Shown: piece by piece, positions 40,711 through 51,902 of the stretch
Layout of the letters: every line of letters begins with the position of its first letter
Position numbering within the stretch: the stretch's first letter is position 1
Source: Bacilli bacterium
GTDB taxonomy: Bacteria; Bacillota_I; Bacilli_A; RF39; UBA660
Direction: 5' to 3'
DNA: 64,000 nucleotides
Assembly (NCBI GenBank): GCA_017410525.1
Contig: JAFQQQ010000003.1
Span: 123,434 to 187,433 of the forward strand
Notes under the pieces: generated by a model
Told to the model about the DNA's origin: nothing
Databases searched by the model: none
What the model saw: only the letters and a program-made list of their open reading frames with translations
Position numbers and translations under genes: made by a program

Positions 40711-42474
40711 ATGTGTGGTATCACAGGATACATAGGAAAAAACAATAACGCTATTAAAATCGTTATGCATGGCTTAGAAGCTTTAGAATATAGGGGTTAT
40801 GACTCTAGTGGTATAGCTTATACCAATGACAATAAAGTAAATATAACAAAAGAAAAAGGTAAAATAAATAATTTAAAAAAGAGTGTTGATTTTAATATTA
40901 AAAGTAATTTAGCTATTGGCCATACTAGATGGGCAACTCATGGTGAACCTAATAAAGTTAATTCACATCCCCACTCTGTTAATAAATTTACAATAGTTCA
41001 TAATGGTATTATAGAAAATTATATAGAATTAAAAGAAGAACTTTTAAATAATAATTACGTTTTTAAAAGTTCAACTGATACAGAGATAGCATGTGCATAT
41101 ATAGATTTTATTTATAAAAAAGAAAAAGATATATTAAAAACTTTAAATCAGGTTACGAAAATATTTAGAGGCTCTTATGCATTAGGTATCATTTGTAATG
41201 ATGATTTAGATAATTTATATGCGGTTAGAAAAACAAGCCCTTTAATAATAGCACAAGGTAAAGACGAAAACTATATTGCTTCAGACGTACCTGCTATATT
41301 AAAATGTACAAATAAATATATACTGCTCGATGATTTTCAAATAGCTAAAATAAATTCTGATAATATAGAAATATATAACCAAAAGTTAGAATTAGTAACA
41401 AAAGAAACTTTAGAATTTGATGGAACTTATGAATCAAGTATAAAAAATGGATTTGAACACTTTATGTTAAAAGAAATTCATGAAGAACCAAGTGTTTTTA
41501 GGAACACAGTTAATACTTATTTAAATAAAAATTTTAAAAATATACCAAACTTTTCTAAATATAACAATTTACATATAGTTGCTTGTGGATCAGCTTATCA
41601 TACAGGATTAGTTGGAAAATATTTAATAGAAAAATATGCAAATATTCCAGTATACGTTGAAGTCGCTAGTGAGTATCGATATAAACATAATTTTTATGAT
41701 AAACAAACACTAGTAATATTTGTTTCCCAATCAGGAGAAACCGCAGATACACTAGCTTGTTTAAAAAAAGTAAAAGAAGATGGTATAGATACATTAGGAA
41801 TTGTAAATGTGGTTGGTTCAAGTGTTGCTAGAGAATCAAAATATGTAATGTACACTAAGGCAGGTTGTGAAATAGCAGTTGCAACTACTAAAGCATATCT
41901 TGCTCAGCTTACTGTATTTTCAATTATTACAATGTATCTTATTAATGATAAATCTTTATCAAACGAAATTAGTTCTATACCTACTCTAATTGATAATTTG
42001 ATAAATAAAGATTATAAATCTATAGCTAAAGAAATATATAAAGACAAAAATATATTCTTTATAGGTCGTGGTATTGATTATTTTCTATCAATGGAAGGTT
42101 CATTAAAACTTAAAGAAATATCTTATATAAATAGCGTTGCTTATCAAGCAGGAGAACTAAAACATGGAACTATTTCTCTTATAGAAAAAAATACGCCAGT
42201 TATAGCAATATCTACTGATAATACATTAACCGAAAAAACTATTAGTAATATAAAAGAAGTAAAAGCTAGGGGTGCTAAAATAATATTTGTTACTAATCAA
42301 AATATAATTGATAATTTCTATGATATTAAAATAGATATACCTAAAGTAAGTGAATTATTGCAACCTATTTTAACTATAGTACCTTTACAATTAATTGCTT
42401 ATGAAGTAGCAAAATTAAACAAATGTGACATAGATAAACCTAGGAATTTAGCTAAATCCGTTACTGTTGAATAA
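40711..42474 (+). CDS. glmS: Glutamine--fructose-6-phosphate aminotransferase
   Basis: MCGITGYIG N-terminal nucleophile Cys, two SIS domains and a C-terminal NLAKSVTVE. Confidence 0.96.
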   Translation: MCGITGYIGKNNNAIKIVMHGLEALEYRGYDSSGIAYTNDNKVNITKEKGKINNLKKSVDFNIKSNLAIGHTRWATHGEPNKVNSHPHSVNKFTIVHNGIIENYIELKEELLNNNYVFKSSTDTEIACAYIDFIYKKEKDILKTLNQVTKIFRGSYALGIICNDDLDNLYAVRKTSPLIIAQGKDENYIASDVPAILKCTNKYILLDDFQIAKINSDNIEIYNQKLELVTKETLEFDGTYESSIKNGFEHFMLKEIHEEPSVFRNTVNTYLNKNFKNIPNFSKYNNLHIVACGSAYHTGLVGKYLIEKYANIPVYVEVASEYRYKHNFYDKQTLVIFVSQSGETADTLACLKKVKEDGIDTLGIVNVVGSSVARESKYVMYTKAGCEIAVATTKAYLAQLTVFSIITMYLINDKSLSNEISSIPTLIDNLINKDYKSIAKEIYKDKNIFFIGRGIDYFLSMEGSLKLKEISYINSVAYQAGELKHGTISLIEKNTPVIAISTDNTLTEKTISNIKEVKARGAKIIFVTNQNIIDNFYDIKIDIPKVSELLQPILTIVPLQLIAYEVAKLNKCDIDKPRNLAKSVTVE

Positions 42475-42478
42475 ACAA

Positions 42479-42504
42479 AAAGTTCGAAATTATTTTCGAA
42501 CTTT
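42479..42504. terminator. Bidirectional terminator after glmS
   Basis: aaagttcgaaa ttat tttcgaacttt perfect hairpin. Confidence 0.75.
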
Positions 42505-42509
42505 ATTTA

Positions 42510-43217
42510 TTATAAATTATTTCTAAAAGCTTTTAATGCATTCAAGAATTCTTCTTGTTTTTTTATTTCTTCTGTTAATTCATTATAATCTTTCGTATTC
42601 ATAATATCTAATACAGTTTCTGATTTCTTAACTGTAGGATATTCTAAATTATTTTCCATAACTCCATATATTGGAGATATAAACTCACTATTTTTAAATT
42701 TTTTAGGTTCTTCTTTAACACTCGAATCATTTATTGTTTGAATAACCTCTTTAACCATTTCGGGCGTTACAGAAGATTCTTCATCTTCTACTGTTGAAAT
42801 TATAGGTTCTTCAGTTAAATCTATTTCTAAACTTTCAACAAAGTTTACATCTGACTGTTCATCATCTATTACTTCAATTTTGCCTGATTTTACATTATCA
42901 ACTAATTCTTGATAACTAATTATTGCTTTTTCTTCTTGTTCTTCCTCAAATTTCTTTACTACATCTTCTGGTTTTAAATCTATATCTTCTTGCATTTTCT
43001 TTAAGATATCCTCTAACTCACTCAATTTTGGAGAATCTTCTATCTTTTCTAATTCTGCTTCTACCCTTTCTGCTTCAACGTAGTCATCCTTTATTTTTTT
43101 TCTATTTCTTTGATTAGATGCAATTATGAACAAGATAGTAGCTATAATAACCAATACAATTAAAATACAAATATATAAATATATGTTAGCAAGTAAAAAA
43201 TTGTAAATTGTATCCAT
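42510..43217 (-). CDS. Hypothetical membrane-anchored acidic protein
   Basis: One N-terminal TM followed by a Glu/Asp-rich low-complexity region. Start at the ATG at 43215-43217 (GGAGTG RBS). Confidence 0.55.
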   Translation of the reverse strand: MDTIYNFLLANIYLYICILIVLVIIATILFIIASNQRNRKKIKDDYVEAERVEAELEKIEDSPKLSELEDILKKMQEDIDLKPEDVVKKFEEEQEEKAIISYQELVDNVKSGKIEVIDDEQSDVNFVESLEIDLTEEPIISTVEDEESSVTPEMVKEVIQTINDSSVKEEPKKFKNSEFISPIYGVMENNLEYPTVKKSETVLDIMNTKDYNELTEEIKKQEEFLNALKAFRNNL

Positions 43218-43382
43218 TATAATCACTCCATACTATTTTTAGGGATATTCTACCTATCACAATAATTATTCTATCATATAAAATTGTTTTTTTCAAAGGA
43301 TTTTCGACAATATTATCATTTTATTTTTATAAGTAGTTAAAAGCGTTTATTTTCAACAATTTTCTCTTTACAATTATTTACA

Positions 43383-44072
43383 CTACTCTATTGTAACTCC
43401 TTTTATTTTTCCTTTTTTTATTAATTTTTTCGCATTTACTTTAGTAATAACTCCACTATTAATCATTATATTTAATGTTTTTTGATTATATTCTCCTACA
43501 TTAGTTGTAGCATCATATTCTTCTTTTAACTCAACTACTTGGTTAAATACTGATAATGTTTTATTAGCTATTTTATTTAATATTGGTGTTTTATACAATA
43601 TTAAATTACCCACTTTAGAATCATTTATAATACTTAAATTAAAAGTTGGTAAACTAAGTATATATAATATTATAAATGTATATATTATATTTTGTACTAC
43701 TCCTAGTACTGCTCCTAATATTTTAGATGGTATTCCAAGTATTATTGTTGCGTTAAGTAACTTTTCAAACCATTTTGTTAATTTAACTAATATTTTAAAT
43801 ATAATTGTAAGTACAAAAAATACTATAAAGAAGGCAATTGCTTCATAAACAAGTATATTTAGCACAGTAATATCTTTGAATATACCGCCAAAATTAAAGA
43901 AAGGTAAATTGTTATATAAAAATACACTTACAGGGTTTTTAAATATAAAAGATAGTGTTATAATAACAAATATTCCTACTAAAGATACAAGTTGTCTTGT
44001 AAAACCCCTTTTAAATCCTATTAAAACTCCAAGAGCTAAAAATATTAGAATAATTATATCAACAATACTCAT
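43383..44072 (-). CDS. cvpA: CvpA family membrane protein
   Basis: MSIVDIIILIFLALGVLIGFKRGFTRQLVSLVG is typical of CvpA. Divergent from rnhC, as in Bacillus. Confidence 0.8.
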   Translation of the reverse strand: MSIVDIIILIFLALGVLIGFKRGFTRQLVSLVGIFVIITLSFIFKNPVSVFLYNNLPFFNFGGIFKDITVLNILVYEAIAFFIVFFVLTIIFKILVKLTKWFEKLLNATIILGIPSKILGAVLGVVQNIIYTFIILYILSLPTFNLSIINDSKVGNLILYKTPILNKIANKTLSVFNQVVELKEEYDATTNVGEYNQKTLNIMINSGVITKVNAKKLIKKGKIKGVTIE

Positions 44073-44161
44073 ATCATCATCTCCATTATAATTATATTAT
44101 AATTTTTTTTAAAAATAAAGCAATTTATCTAAAAATGTGGTACAATGATTATGGTGATAAT

Positions 44162-45124
44162 ATGAATAGTAATAAAAATAATGTTATTTCTTTTGTAGCT
44201 AGTCCTAAAACTCAAGAGATGATGAGTGAGGGATTAAATTGGTGTATGAGAGATAAAACCCCACAATATGCAAAATGGCAAGCAAAAGATGGAGATACTG
44301 TTATTACTTTATATGAATCTGGTAAGGTTGTTTTTCAAGGTAAAGATGCAGATTTATCTAGTGATTTTTGGATTACCACTGAAAAGATCAATAGTGGTAA
44401 GGTAGATGTTAAAAACTCAGGTGATAAGAAGAAAGAGGCAAAAAAAGATAAAAAGGAATATGTAAACGCTAAAATATATAATTCGTCTAGTATAGGCTCA
44501 GATGAAGTTGGTACTGGAGATTACTTTGGCCCTATTGTTGTTACAGCTGCATATGTATCTAGTGAAAATATTCGATTCTTAGAAGAAATAGGAGTTAAAG
44601 ATTCTAAAAAATTAACTGATAATGATATTTTAAATATAGTGCCTAAATTTATTAAGCAAATACCATATGAATCAATGATATTAACTAATGAAGAATATAA
44701 TAAGTTCTATTCGAGTGATATTAATATGAACAAAATAAAAGCACTACTGCATAATAAAGTATTATATAAATTAAGTAATACTATTAAAGAATATGAATAT
44801 ATAATTGTAGATCAGTTTGCTGAAAGTTATATTTATTTTAATTATTTAAAAGAATCTTCTAATATAGTTCGAAATATTACTTTCCTTACTAAAGGCGAAG
44901 ATAAACATTTATCAGTTGCCTGTGCTTCTTTAATTAGTAGATATATATTCATTAAAGAGTTTGATAAATTATCTAAAAGTCTTGGTATAAATCTTCCTAA
45001 AGGCGCTAGTGATTTAGTAGATAAAACAGGCAAAAAAATAGTTGACAAATTTGGTTTTGATAAATTAAAAGAAATTGCTAAAATGAACTTTAAAAATACT
45101 GAAAAAATAAAAGAGATGCTTTAA
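44162..45124 (+). CDS. rnhC: Ribonuclease HIII
   Basis: N-terminal TBP-like domain followed by the GSDEVGTGDYFGPIVVTAAYV catalytic motif. Confidence 0.9.
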   Translation: MNSNKNNVISFVASPKTQEMMSEGLNWCMRDKTPQYAKWQAKDGDTVITLYESGKVVFQGKDADLSSDFWITTEKINSGKVDVKNSGDKKKEAKKDKKEYVNAKIYNSSSIGSDEVGTGDYFGPIVVTAAYVSSENIRFLEEIGVKDSKKLTDNDILNIVPKFIKQIPYESMILTNEEYNKFYSSDINMNKIKALLHNKVLYKLSNTIKEYEYIIVDQFAESYIYFNYLKESSNIVRNITFLTKGEDKHLSVACASLISRYIFIKEFDKLSKSLGINLPKGASDLVDKTGKKIVDKFGFDKLKEIAKMNFKNTEKIKEML

Positions 45125-45948
45125 TCTCTTTTTAATTTTAATTTTTTCTGTGTTTCTACATCCACATTTTTATAAAAATAATCATCAACTATTGCTTTAC
45201 TTATCTGTTTGCTAGTTGTTGTATAAAATAAATAACTTTGTATAAGCGAAGTTAAAAAATCTATATTCTCCCCTATATATTCTATTAATATATCTAATTT
45301 ATTTAATCTAATCATTTCCAAATAAAAGTAATCTTCTTTATATAATGAATTTTTTGGACAATTATCTCTAACAAAAACATTCCATTTATAATAAACTTTA
45401 ATAAACTCTAATACCATTTTTTTAAATTCATCGTATCTTATATCTTTATAATTAACAAGTTTAGTTGCTATAAAATAACTTACATCTATTTTTTTAGGAT
45501 GTTTTTTGTTTTTGTTTTTATAATCGTTATAATATTCTTTAAAAGTTTCTAAATTATAATCAAAATTATAAGTTATCTTATCAAATATATGGAGTTTAGA
45601 TATTTGCATCAAAATATCATCTTGACCCATATCGCTAAGTTCTTCTAAAATCATCATTTTAGACGTTATACAAAGTTCATTAAATATTATAGAATTTTCT
45701 ATTATTGAAAACAAGAAATTCTCGTCTTTAAGCGTTCTTTCAATTATATTTTCCTTAGTATCATTGAAATCATCGAGATAATCAACATTTCCCATAAAAA
45801 AGTTAATCTTATAATAATCCAAAAGAAATAAACTTATTACTTTATCATACATATCACTGCTTAATTTTTCTAAGTTTAAAATAGTTAATTCTTTAGAATT
45901 AATATTTATAATTTTTTTTCTTATTTCATCATTTATAGATGTAACCAT
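45121..45948 (-). CDS. Hypothetical protein (275 aa)
   Basis: Intact ORF with an AGGTGG RBS. No recognisable motif. Confidence 0.55.
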   Translation of the reverse strand: MVTSINDEIRKKIININSKELTILNLEKLSSDMYDKVISLFLLDYYKINFFMGNVDYLDDFNDTKENIIERTLKDENFLFSIIENSIIFNELCITSKMMILEELSDMGQDDILMQISKLHIFDKITYNFDYNLETFKEYYNDYKNKNKKHPKKIDVSYFIATKLVNYKDIRYDEFKKMVLEFIKVYYKWNVFVRDNCPKNSLYKEDYFYLEMIRLNKLDILIEYIGENIDFLTSLIQSYLFYTTTSKQISKAIVDDYFYKNVDVETQKKLKLKRD

Positions 45949-46007
45949 AAAACCACCTAAACCTAGTTTAACATTTATTTATATTAAAGTAAAGAAAAAG
46001 TAGTAGA

Positions 46008-46154
46008 TTATTCCACTACTACCCATGCATCAGCAATTGGTCTTGTTTTGTTTTTTAGTGCACCATCTATTGGATCATTTATAGCGCAATAAGTGTCATT
46101 ACTATAATCATTAAAAGGGGCATTATATTCACTTTGCACAATTACTTTTGGCAT
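46008..46154 (-). CDS. Possible small protein (48 aa; up to 53 aa from upstream in-frame ATGs)
   Basis: Hand-called: MPKVIVQSEYNAPFNDYSNDTYCAINDPIDGALKNKTRPIADAWVVVE. A gtagtag/ctactac hairpin plus T-run follows, with the stop codon in its loop. Confidence 0.4.
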   Translation of the reverse strand: MPKVIVQSEYNAPFNDYSNDTYCAINDPIDGALKNKTRPIADAWVVVE

Positions 46155-46263
46155 TACCATTACACCCATTAACAGTTAACCTAATTATTTAATATCATCT
46201 TCTACATCAAGTATTTGCTTTTGATAATCATTTTCATAATTCATACTCCAAAATTTAAGGAAA

Positions 46264-47589
46264 CTATTCTTTAGTTTCCTTTTCTTCCAATAATTTTTTA
46301 TATTCTTCTTCTAATAAATATATTTCTTTACTACTCATAAATAGTATAACTGCATTATCATATTCTATTAATTTTTCAGCCATACCTTGTTCTATATAAT
46401 CCCCATTATCCAGTTTCTCAATTATAGTATAAGCACTTATTCCAGGATAATCTTCTGGATTTTCCCTATCATAATTAATATCCATTACATAAGCTTTATC
46501 AGCAAGATTTAGAGCACTAGCAAATTCATCTGCAAACTCTTCTACTCTTGAAAAAGTATGCGCTTTAAATACTGCTATAACTTGTTTATCAGGATATTTT
46601 TGTCTAGCTGCCTTAATGGTTACTTTAACTTCTGTTGGATGATGAGCATAATCATCTACAAGCACATTATTCCCTATAACAGTTTCCTTAAATCTTCTCT
46701 CAGCGCCTTTAAATGTTTTCAAGCTCTTAGCTACTTCCCTAGCATCTAATCTTTCATAATGACAAATAGCTATTACAGCAAGTGCATTTAACAACATGTG
46801 TTTACCATATAAAGGTAAATCAAAATGCCCATAATATTCATCTTCTACAAATACATCAAAACTAGTTCCATCATTTCTATATTCAACATCTCTTGCTTGA
46901 ATATCATTATCTTCATTTAATCCATAATAGAATATTTGTGGATTAACATTTAAACTATGAGTATAGGGGTCATCTCCACAAGCAATTACCATTTTATCTG
47001 CTTTATTAGCAAACTCTTCATAAGCAAGAATCATATCGTCCATACTTTTATAATAGTCTGTGTGATCCATTTCTATATTAGTAATTACTACATATTCAGG
47101 ATCATATTCTAAGAAATGTCTTCTATATTCACAAGATTCTAATATAAACCTATTAGAGTTTCTATCTCCGTGACCTCTTCCATCTCCTATTATATAATTA
47201 CATCCACCTAAATCAGTCATTATATGACTTAACATAGATGTAGTTGTTGTTTTACCATGGCAACCTGATATACAAATACTTTCAAACTTTTTAGTAAGTC
47301 TACCTAACATTTCTTGATATTCATATATTTTTAATCTACGTGCTTGAGATCTTATAAGTTCTGGATGTTCATCTAATTTTAAAGCTGGAGAATATATAAC
47401 TACTGTTTCTTCATCTAATTCATCATTTTTTTCGTTATATATTTTTATACCACGCTCTAATAATTTATCCTCAGTAAATCTATGATCTTTAGCATCATCA
47501 TACCCTACTACTTCATACCCTAAATCATTAAGTAGAAGTGCGAGTGCGCTCATGCCAGCCCCTTTAATTCCTGCCATATAATATTTCAT
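46264..47589 (-). CDS. murC: UDP-N-acetylmuramate--L-alanine ligase
   Basis: 441 aa. GIKGAGMSALALLL and GCHGKTTTTSM motifs. Confidence 0.93.
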   Translation of the reverse strand: MKYYMAGIKGAGMSALALLLNDLGYEVVGYDDAKDHRFTEDKLLERGIKIYNEKNDELDEETVVIYSPALKLDEHPELIRSQARRLKIYEYQEMLGRLTKKFESICISGCHGKTTTTSMLSHIMTDLGGCNYIIGDGRGHGDRNSNRFILESCEYRRHFLEYDPEYVVITNIEMDHTDYYKSMDDMILAYEEFANKADKMVIACGDDPYTHSLNVNPQIFYYGLNEDNDIQARDVEYRNDGTSFDVFVEDEYYGHFDLPLYGKHMLLNALAVIAICHYERLDAREVAKSLKTFKGAERRFKETVIGNNVLVDDYAHHPTEVKVTIKAARQKYPDKQVIAVFKAHTFSRVEEFADEFASALNLADKAYVMDINYDRENPEDYPGISAYTIIEKLDNGDYIEQGMAEKLIEYDNAVILFMSSKEIYLLEEEYKKLLEEKETKE

Positions 47590-47605
47590 AAATTCGCTTC
47601 CTTTT

Positions 47606-48301
47606 CTATAATAAATCTATAATAAATGGACCAAGTATTATAAGTAATATAAGTGGTATTATAAATATAACAGATATAATACTTACTTTATTTGGTATTT
47701 TATTTATTTGAGCTTTTATTTCCATCATTTGTTTTTCTCTTAAATATTCTACTTGATTATTCATAGTTTCTATAATACTATTACCAAATATATTTGTTTG
47801 AGTAATATTAAGTAAAATATTATTTATTGTTTCCGATGGCATTCTTTTCTTTAAATCTTCTAATGATTCCATTAAAGATCTACCAAACTTCATCTCCATT
47901 AAACTCCTTTTAAATTCTTTAGAAAGTTCATTATCTACATTATTAACCGTAATTTCTAAAGCATTCTCTAAGTTTCTACCAGATTCTAAAGTTAAGGTTA
48001 ATATTTCAAAGAATGTTAAAGCATCTAAATCCAATTTTTTTATTCTTTTATTTATAGGGTCAGTTATGAAAACGTAATAAAATAAATTGTAATAAATTAT
48101 TATTATGAAAGGTATTATATAGATTTGTATGTTTGTAAATATTAAAACTATAGCAAGTATAATAGAAGTTAAAAGCCTAGCAGTTAAAAATCCTGCCGCG
48201 TCAAACTTTAACTTTCTATTATTACCTAGCATATTCAATTTACTTTGAATGGCTTCTATATCTTTTACTCTATATAATCTTCTAATTATACCACTATTCA
48301 T
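47606..48301 (-). CDS. Tad/type II secretion system F-domain protein (TadC-like)
   Basis: 231 aa with a T2SSF-like helical region (LTLESGRNLENALE) and a C-terminal TM. Overlaps the upstream gene's stop. Confidence 0.75.
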   Translation of the reverse strand: MNSGIIRRLYRVKDIEAIQSKLNMLGNNRKLKFDAAGFLTARLLTSIILAIVLIFTNIQIYIIPFIIIIYYNLFYYVFITDPINKRIKKLDLDALTFFEILTLTLESGRNLENALEITVNNVDNELSKEFKRSLMEMKFGRSLMESLEDLKKRMPSETINNILLNITQTNIFGNSIIETMNNQVEYLREKQMMEIKAQINKIPNKVSIISVIFIIPLILLIILGPFIIDLL

Positions 48302-49800
48302 TATTTTATCCCCCTTACTTTCATAACTTTTCTAACTACTACAATATATGTAATATATATTATAAGAATTATTATTAATAAAGCAACACCTAAAGGATTA
48401 TTAAATAAAACTTTAAAGTAATCTTTATTAATTAAACTTATAAATACTACAAAAGCAATAGGAACTATTATTAATACATACATAATTAATTTTGAGCTAC
48501 TAGTTAAAGCTTTAAACTCGTTTTCAAGTTTCTTTCTATTAAAGATGGTCTTTTCTATTGAATTAAATACTTTAATTATATTACCACCTGTTTTATTTAA
48601 AACAGATATACTAGCAGTTAGATAAATGGCTTCACTTAAATTAATTCTATCAGAAAATCTTTTGAATGCTGTTTCCATATCTAGTCCTAAAGATATTTCC
48701 ATACCAATTTTTTTAAACTCTTTTGATATAGGGCCTTCTAATTCTCTAGCAACCAAATCAACTGCCTGTGTTATACTCATACCCGCTTTAAAGGCATTAT
48801 TCATAACAGTTATGGCTTCTAACATATCATTTTCAATTTTCTTTTTATATCTAATATATTTATATGCGTAAACAATATCTAAAGTAATATATCCAAGCAA
48901 GAATGGTATAAACATCTCAAACGGTTTAGCAAGTTCTGCCTCTATTAATTTTACAACTATAATAAATACTACAAATAGAAAACCTACTATTATTTTTTTA
49001 GATATAAAGTTTATATTACTATCTTCTTTTTCAAATGCTTCAATATATTTATCATATCTTTTAGCACCTTTTTTTACTATTTCTAACTTACCAATAACTT
49101 TACTAACTTTCTCCAAAAAATCTCTATATTGATTATATAAATTATCAAATAAAGATATGGATTTATTTTTAGAAGAGTTAATAGTATATTTAGAAAATCT
49201 TTTTTCTAACTTTATACTTCTAATATATTTAAGTAAAAATAAAAGTCCAAATAAGAAAAATAATAATATTCCAAATTGACCTAATCTAATTATATCAGTA
49301 TTATCTCTCCTTACTGTAACATATACGAATTCAGTCGCTGTATTACCAGCCTTATCACTAACTTTGTACTGAATTTTCTTAATACCCTCACTACTAAAAT
49401 CAAGCGTATCTTTATTAGTAGCAATAGAACTTGTTAAATCGCCATCGACATTATCAGTAGCAGTAATACTACCCATTACATCAAATCCTTCTTTAGAAGT
49501 TATTTGATATGTTTTTTCACTTATATTAATAACCGGTGTTTCCTTATCTATTTTATATTCACCACTAACTATATTAGAAGTAACATTTTTATAATCAATA
49601 TTAGTTATTTCTATTCTATAAGTTCCTGTTTGATTTAAAATTATATTAACAGGAGTATTAGTTTCAACATAAATAGGTTCATTATATATATTATCTTTAA
49701 CAATTACATAAGAATAGCTAGATACTAAAGATGAAGGAGTGTAAGTGACAACTACATCTTCATTAGTACTATCTATATAATTTATACTCAACCCCTCCAT
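48301..49800 (-). CDS. Fusion protein: N-terminal Ig-like modules (DUF5011-type) + TM + TadB-like T2SSF platform domain
   Basis: Residues about 90-165, ATDNVDGDLTSSI...KVSDKAGNTATEFVYVTVRR, form a DUF5011-type Ig signature. These are followed by a TM, a positively charged loop and a T2SSF region (AFKAGMSITQAVDLVARELEGPISKEF). AGGTGA RBS right after the cpaF stop. No N-terminal signal peptide. Confidence 0.8.
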   Translation of the reverse strand: MEGLSINYIDSTNEDVVVTYTPSSLVSSYSYVIVKDNIYNEPIYVETNTPVNIILNQTGTYRIEITNIDYKNVTSNIVSGEYKIDKETPVINISEKTYQITSKEGFDVMGSITATDNVDGDLTSSIATNKDTLDFSSEGIKKIQYKVSDKAGNTATEFVYVTVRRDNTDIIRLGQFGILLFFLFGLLFLLKYIRSIKLEKRFSKYTINSSKNKSISLFDNLYNQYRDFLEKVSKVIGKLEIVKKGAKRYDKYIEAFEKEDSNINFISKKIIVGFLFVVFIIVVKLIEAELAKPFEMFIPFLLGYITLDIVYAYKYIRYKKKIENDMLEAITVMNNAFKAGMSITQAVDLVARELEGPISKEFKKIGMEISLGLDMETAFKRFSDRINLSEAIYLTASISVLNKTGGNIIKVFNSIEKTIFNRKKLENEFKALTSSSKLIMYVLIIVPIAFVVFISLINKDYFKVLFNNPLGVALLIIILIIYITYIVVVRKVMKVRGIK

Positions 49801-49809
49801 ACTTCACCT

Positions 49810-51129
49810 CTATTCAAATATATCTTTTAAATTAGTTATACCTCTTGACTTTAATCTATCATAAGTTTTCAGAGTTGCTTTGTTTAAAACAAATTCCCCA
49901 TCAACTTCCCCTTCTTCAGTAATTCCGGTTTGATTAAAAGCAAAAATCTCATTTAATTTAATTTCATCTCTATCAAAACCAACTACTTCACAAATACTTG
50001 TAATCTTTCTTTTACCATCTGTTAGCCTTGAAATATTTATTACTATATCAATAGCATTTTCCATATATTCCCTTATAGCTTTAATAGGTATTTCCATACC
50101 GGCCATAAGCATCATTGTCTCTAGTCTATTTAGTGCATCTTTAGGACTGTTAGCATGAAGTGTTGTCATACTTCCCTCATGCCCTGTATTCATTGCTTGC
50201 ATCATATCAAATGCTTCCTTACCACGTACTTCACCAACTATTATTCTATCAGGTCTCATACGAAGAGAGTTTATAACCAAATCCCTTATAGTTACTTCTC
50301 CACTTCCTTCATAGTTAGTACCCCTAGTTTCAAGTGATATTACGTGTTCTTGTTCTAATCTTAATTCTGCAGCATCTTCTATAGTTATAATACGTTCATC
50401 ATCACCTATAAAAGACGACATAACATTTAATAATGTTGTTTTACCACTACCAGTACCCCCACATACTATAATATTCATTCTACTTTTGACACACGCTTCA
50501 ATGAATCTTGCCATATATGGTGTCATAGTCCCATTTCTTAAAAAATCTTCTATACCTGCAAGTTCTCTTTTAAACTTACGAATAGTTAGTACTGGACCAT
50601 TTAAACTCAGCGGTGGTATTATTGCATTAAGTCTTGAACCATCAGAAAGTCTAGCATCCACCATAGGATTAGCTGTATCAATAGTTCTTCCTATAGGTTG
50701 AATTAATCTTTGTATAGTTCTTATAATATGTTCATCATTTATGAAAGAAACACTATCATCTTTCATAATTCTACCATCAAGTTCTATATATATTTCATTT
50801 GTTCCATTAACCATTATTTCTGTAATACTAGGATCATCTAATAATTCAGTAATAGGTCCATATCCATTTATTTCATTATCAATTAAGTTATTTATATAAC
50901 TTCTTTCAACAACGCTCAAATCATAACCTTCTAAAGACCTATCTATTTGTTTTCTAACAAAACTAGCCATACTGATTTGATTATTGGTATTATTATCAAT
51001 TAAGTTTTGTATAATTTTATTTCTAAGTTCATCTAATAATTTTTTATTAGTAAATGCATCATAATCAGGAACATCTCTTAAGTTAGTTTCTTCTTTTACT
51101 TCAAACTCTTCAACAAAAGATCTTGCCAT
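49810..51129 (-). CDS. CpaF/TadA family secretion ATPase
   Basis: [12 protein letters not shown] Walker [10 protein letters not shown] and [14 protein letters not shown] motifs. Confidence 0.9.
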   Translation of the reverse strand: MARSFVEEFEVKEETNLRDVPDYDAFTNKKLLDELRNKIIQNLIDNNTNNQISMASFVRKQIDRSLEGYDLSVVERSYINNLIDNEINGYGPITELLDDPSITEIMVNGTNEIYIELDGRIMKDDSVSFINDEHIIRTIQRLIQPIGRTIDTANPMVDARLSDGSRLNAIIPPLSLNGPVLTIRKFKRELAGIEDFLRNGTMTPYMARFIEACVKSRMNIIVCGGTGSGKTTLLNVMSSFIGDDERIITIEDAAELRLEQEHVISLETRGTNYEGSGEVTIRDLVINSLRMRPDRIIVGEVRGKEAFDMMQAMNTGHEGSMTTLHANSPKDALNRLETMMLMAGMEIPIKAIREYMENAIDIVINISRLTDGKRKITSICEVVGFDRDEIKLNEIFAFNQTGITEEGEVDGEFVLNKATLKTYDRLKSRGITNLKDIFE

Positions 51130-51130
51130 A

Positions 51131-51898
51131 TTAATCCACCTTACTTTCTTTAAGAATATCTAAAGCAATTAAATTATATATTTTCATAGCTTCTTTATAT
51201 TTCTTATATATATTTTCATTTAAAGTTAAAATATTACCCTCTATTATATATTTATCTATGTTTTTAATATAAAAGTTAGATGGAACTATGTAATTAACCG
51301 TCTTGTTAATTATATTTTTAATATCATACTTATTATAATAATTTTTATCTCTATCATTAGATTGATTTAATATAATTTTATAATTATTTTTATTCATATC
51401 ATTTAATATAGAAACTATAGTTTTCATATTCTTTAAATTCATAGAATCATTATTTATTAAATATAATATCTGATCACTAAAATCAAAAGCAAACAAATTG
51501 ATATCAGTTAATATATGATTAGTATCTATTAAAATAACATCAAACTTCATACTAGCTTTATAAAGAATTAAATTAAGTATCTTACTACTTATTTTTCTAG
51601 CAAATCTAGGATCTTTAGGCGCTGGTAAAACCTTTATTTGTTCATTATAACTAGTAACATAATCATCTAAATTAGTAAACTTATTATTACTCATATCTTC
51701 ATATAGATTATAGATATCATTATTATAGTTAATATTTAATAAACTAGCAATATCACCACTATACAAATCTAAATCTATAATCAATACTCTTTTTTCTAAT
51801 CTAGAATATATACCAGCTAAATTAAGAGCTGTTGTAGTTTTTCCTACCCCACCTTTGACTGATGTAATTGTAAATACCTTTGCTTTATTTAAAGCCAT
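51131..51898 (-). CDS. ParA/MinD-like ATPase (CpaE/TadZ-like, no receiver domain)
   Basis: KGGVGKTTTALNLA deviant Walker A. Its position immediately upstream of cpaF is typical of Tad loci. Confidence 0.8.
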   Translation of the reverse strand: MALNKAKVFTITSVKGGVGKTTTALNLAGIYSRLEKRVLIIDLDLYSGDIASLLNINYNNDIYNLYEDMSNNKFTNLDDYVTSYNEQIKVLPAPKDPRFARKISSKILNLILYKASMKFDVILIDTNHILTDINLFAFDFSDQILYLINNDSMNLKNMKTIVSILNDMNKNNYKIILNQSNDRDKNYYNKYDIKNIINKTVNYIVPSNFYIKNIDKYIIEGNILTLNENIYKKYKEAMKIYNLIALDILKESKVD

Positions 51899-51902
51899 AC
51901 TA

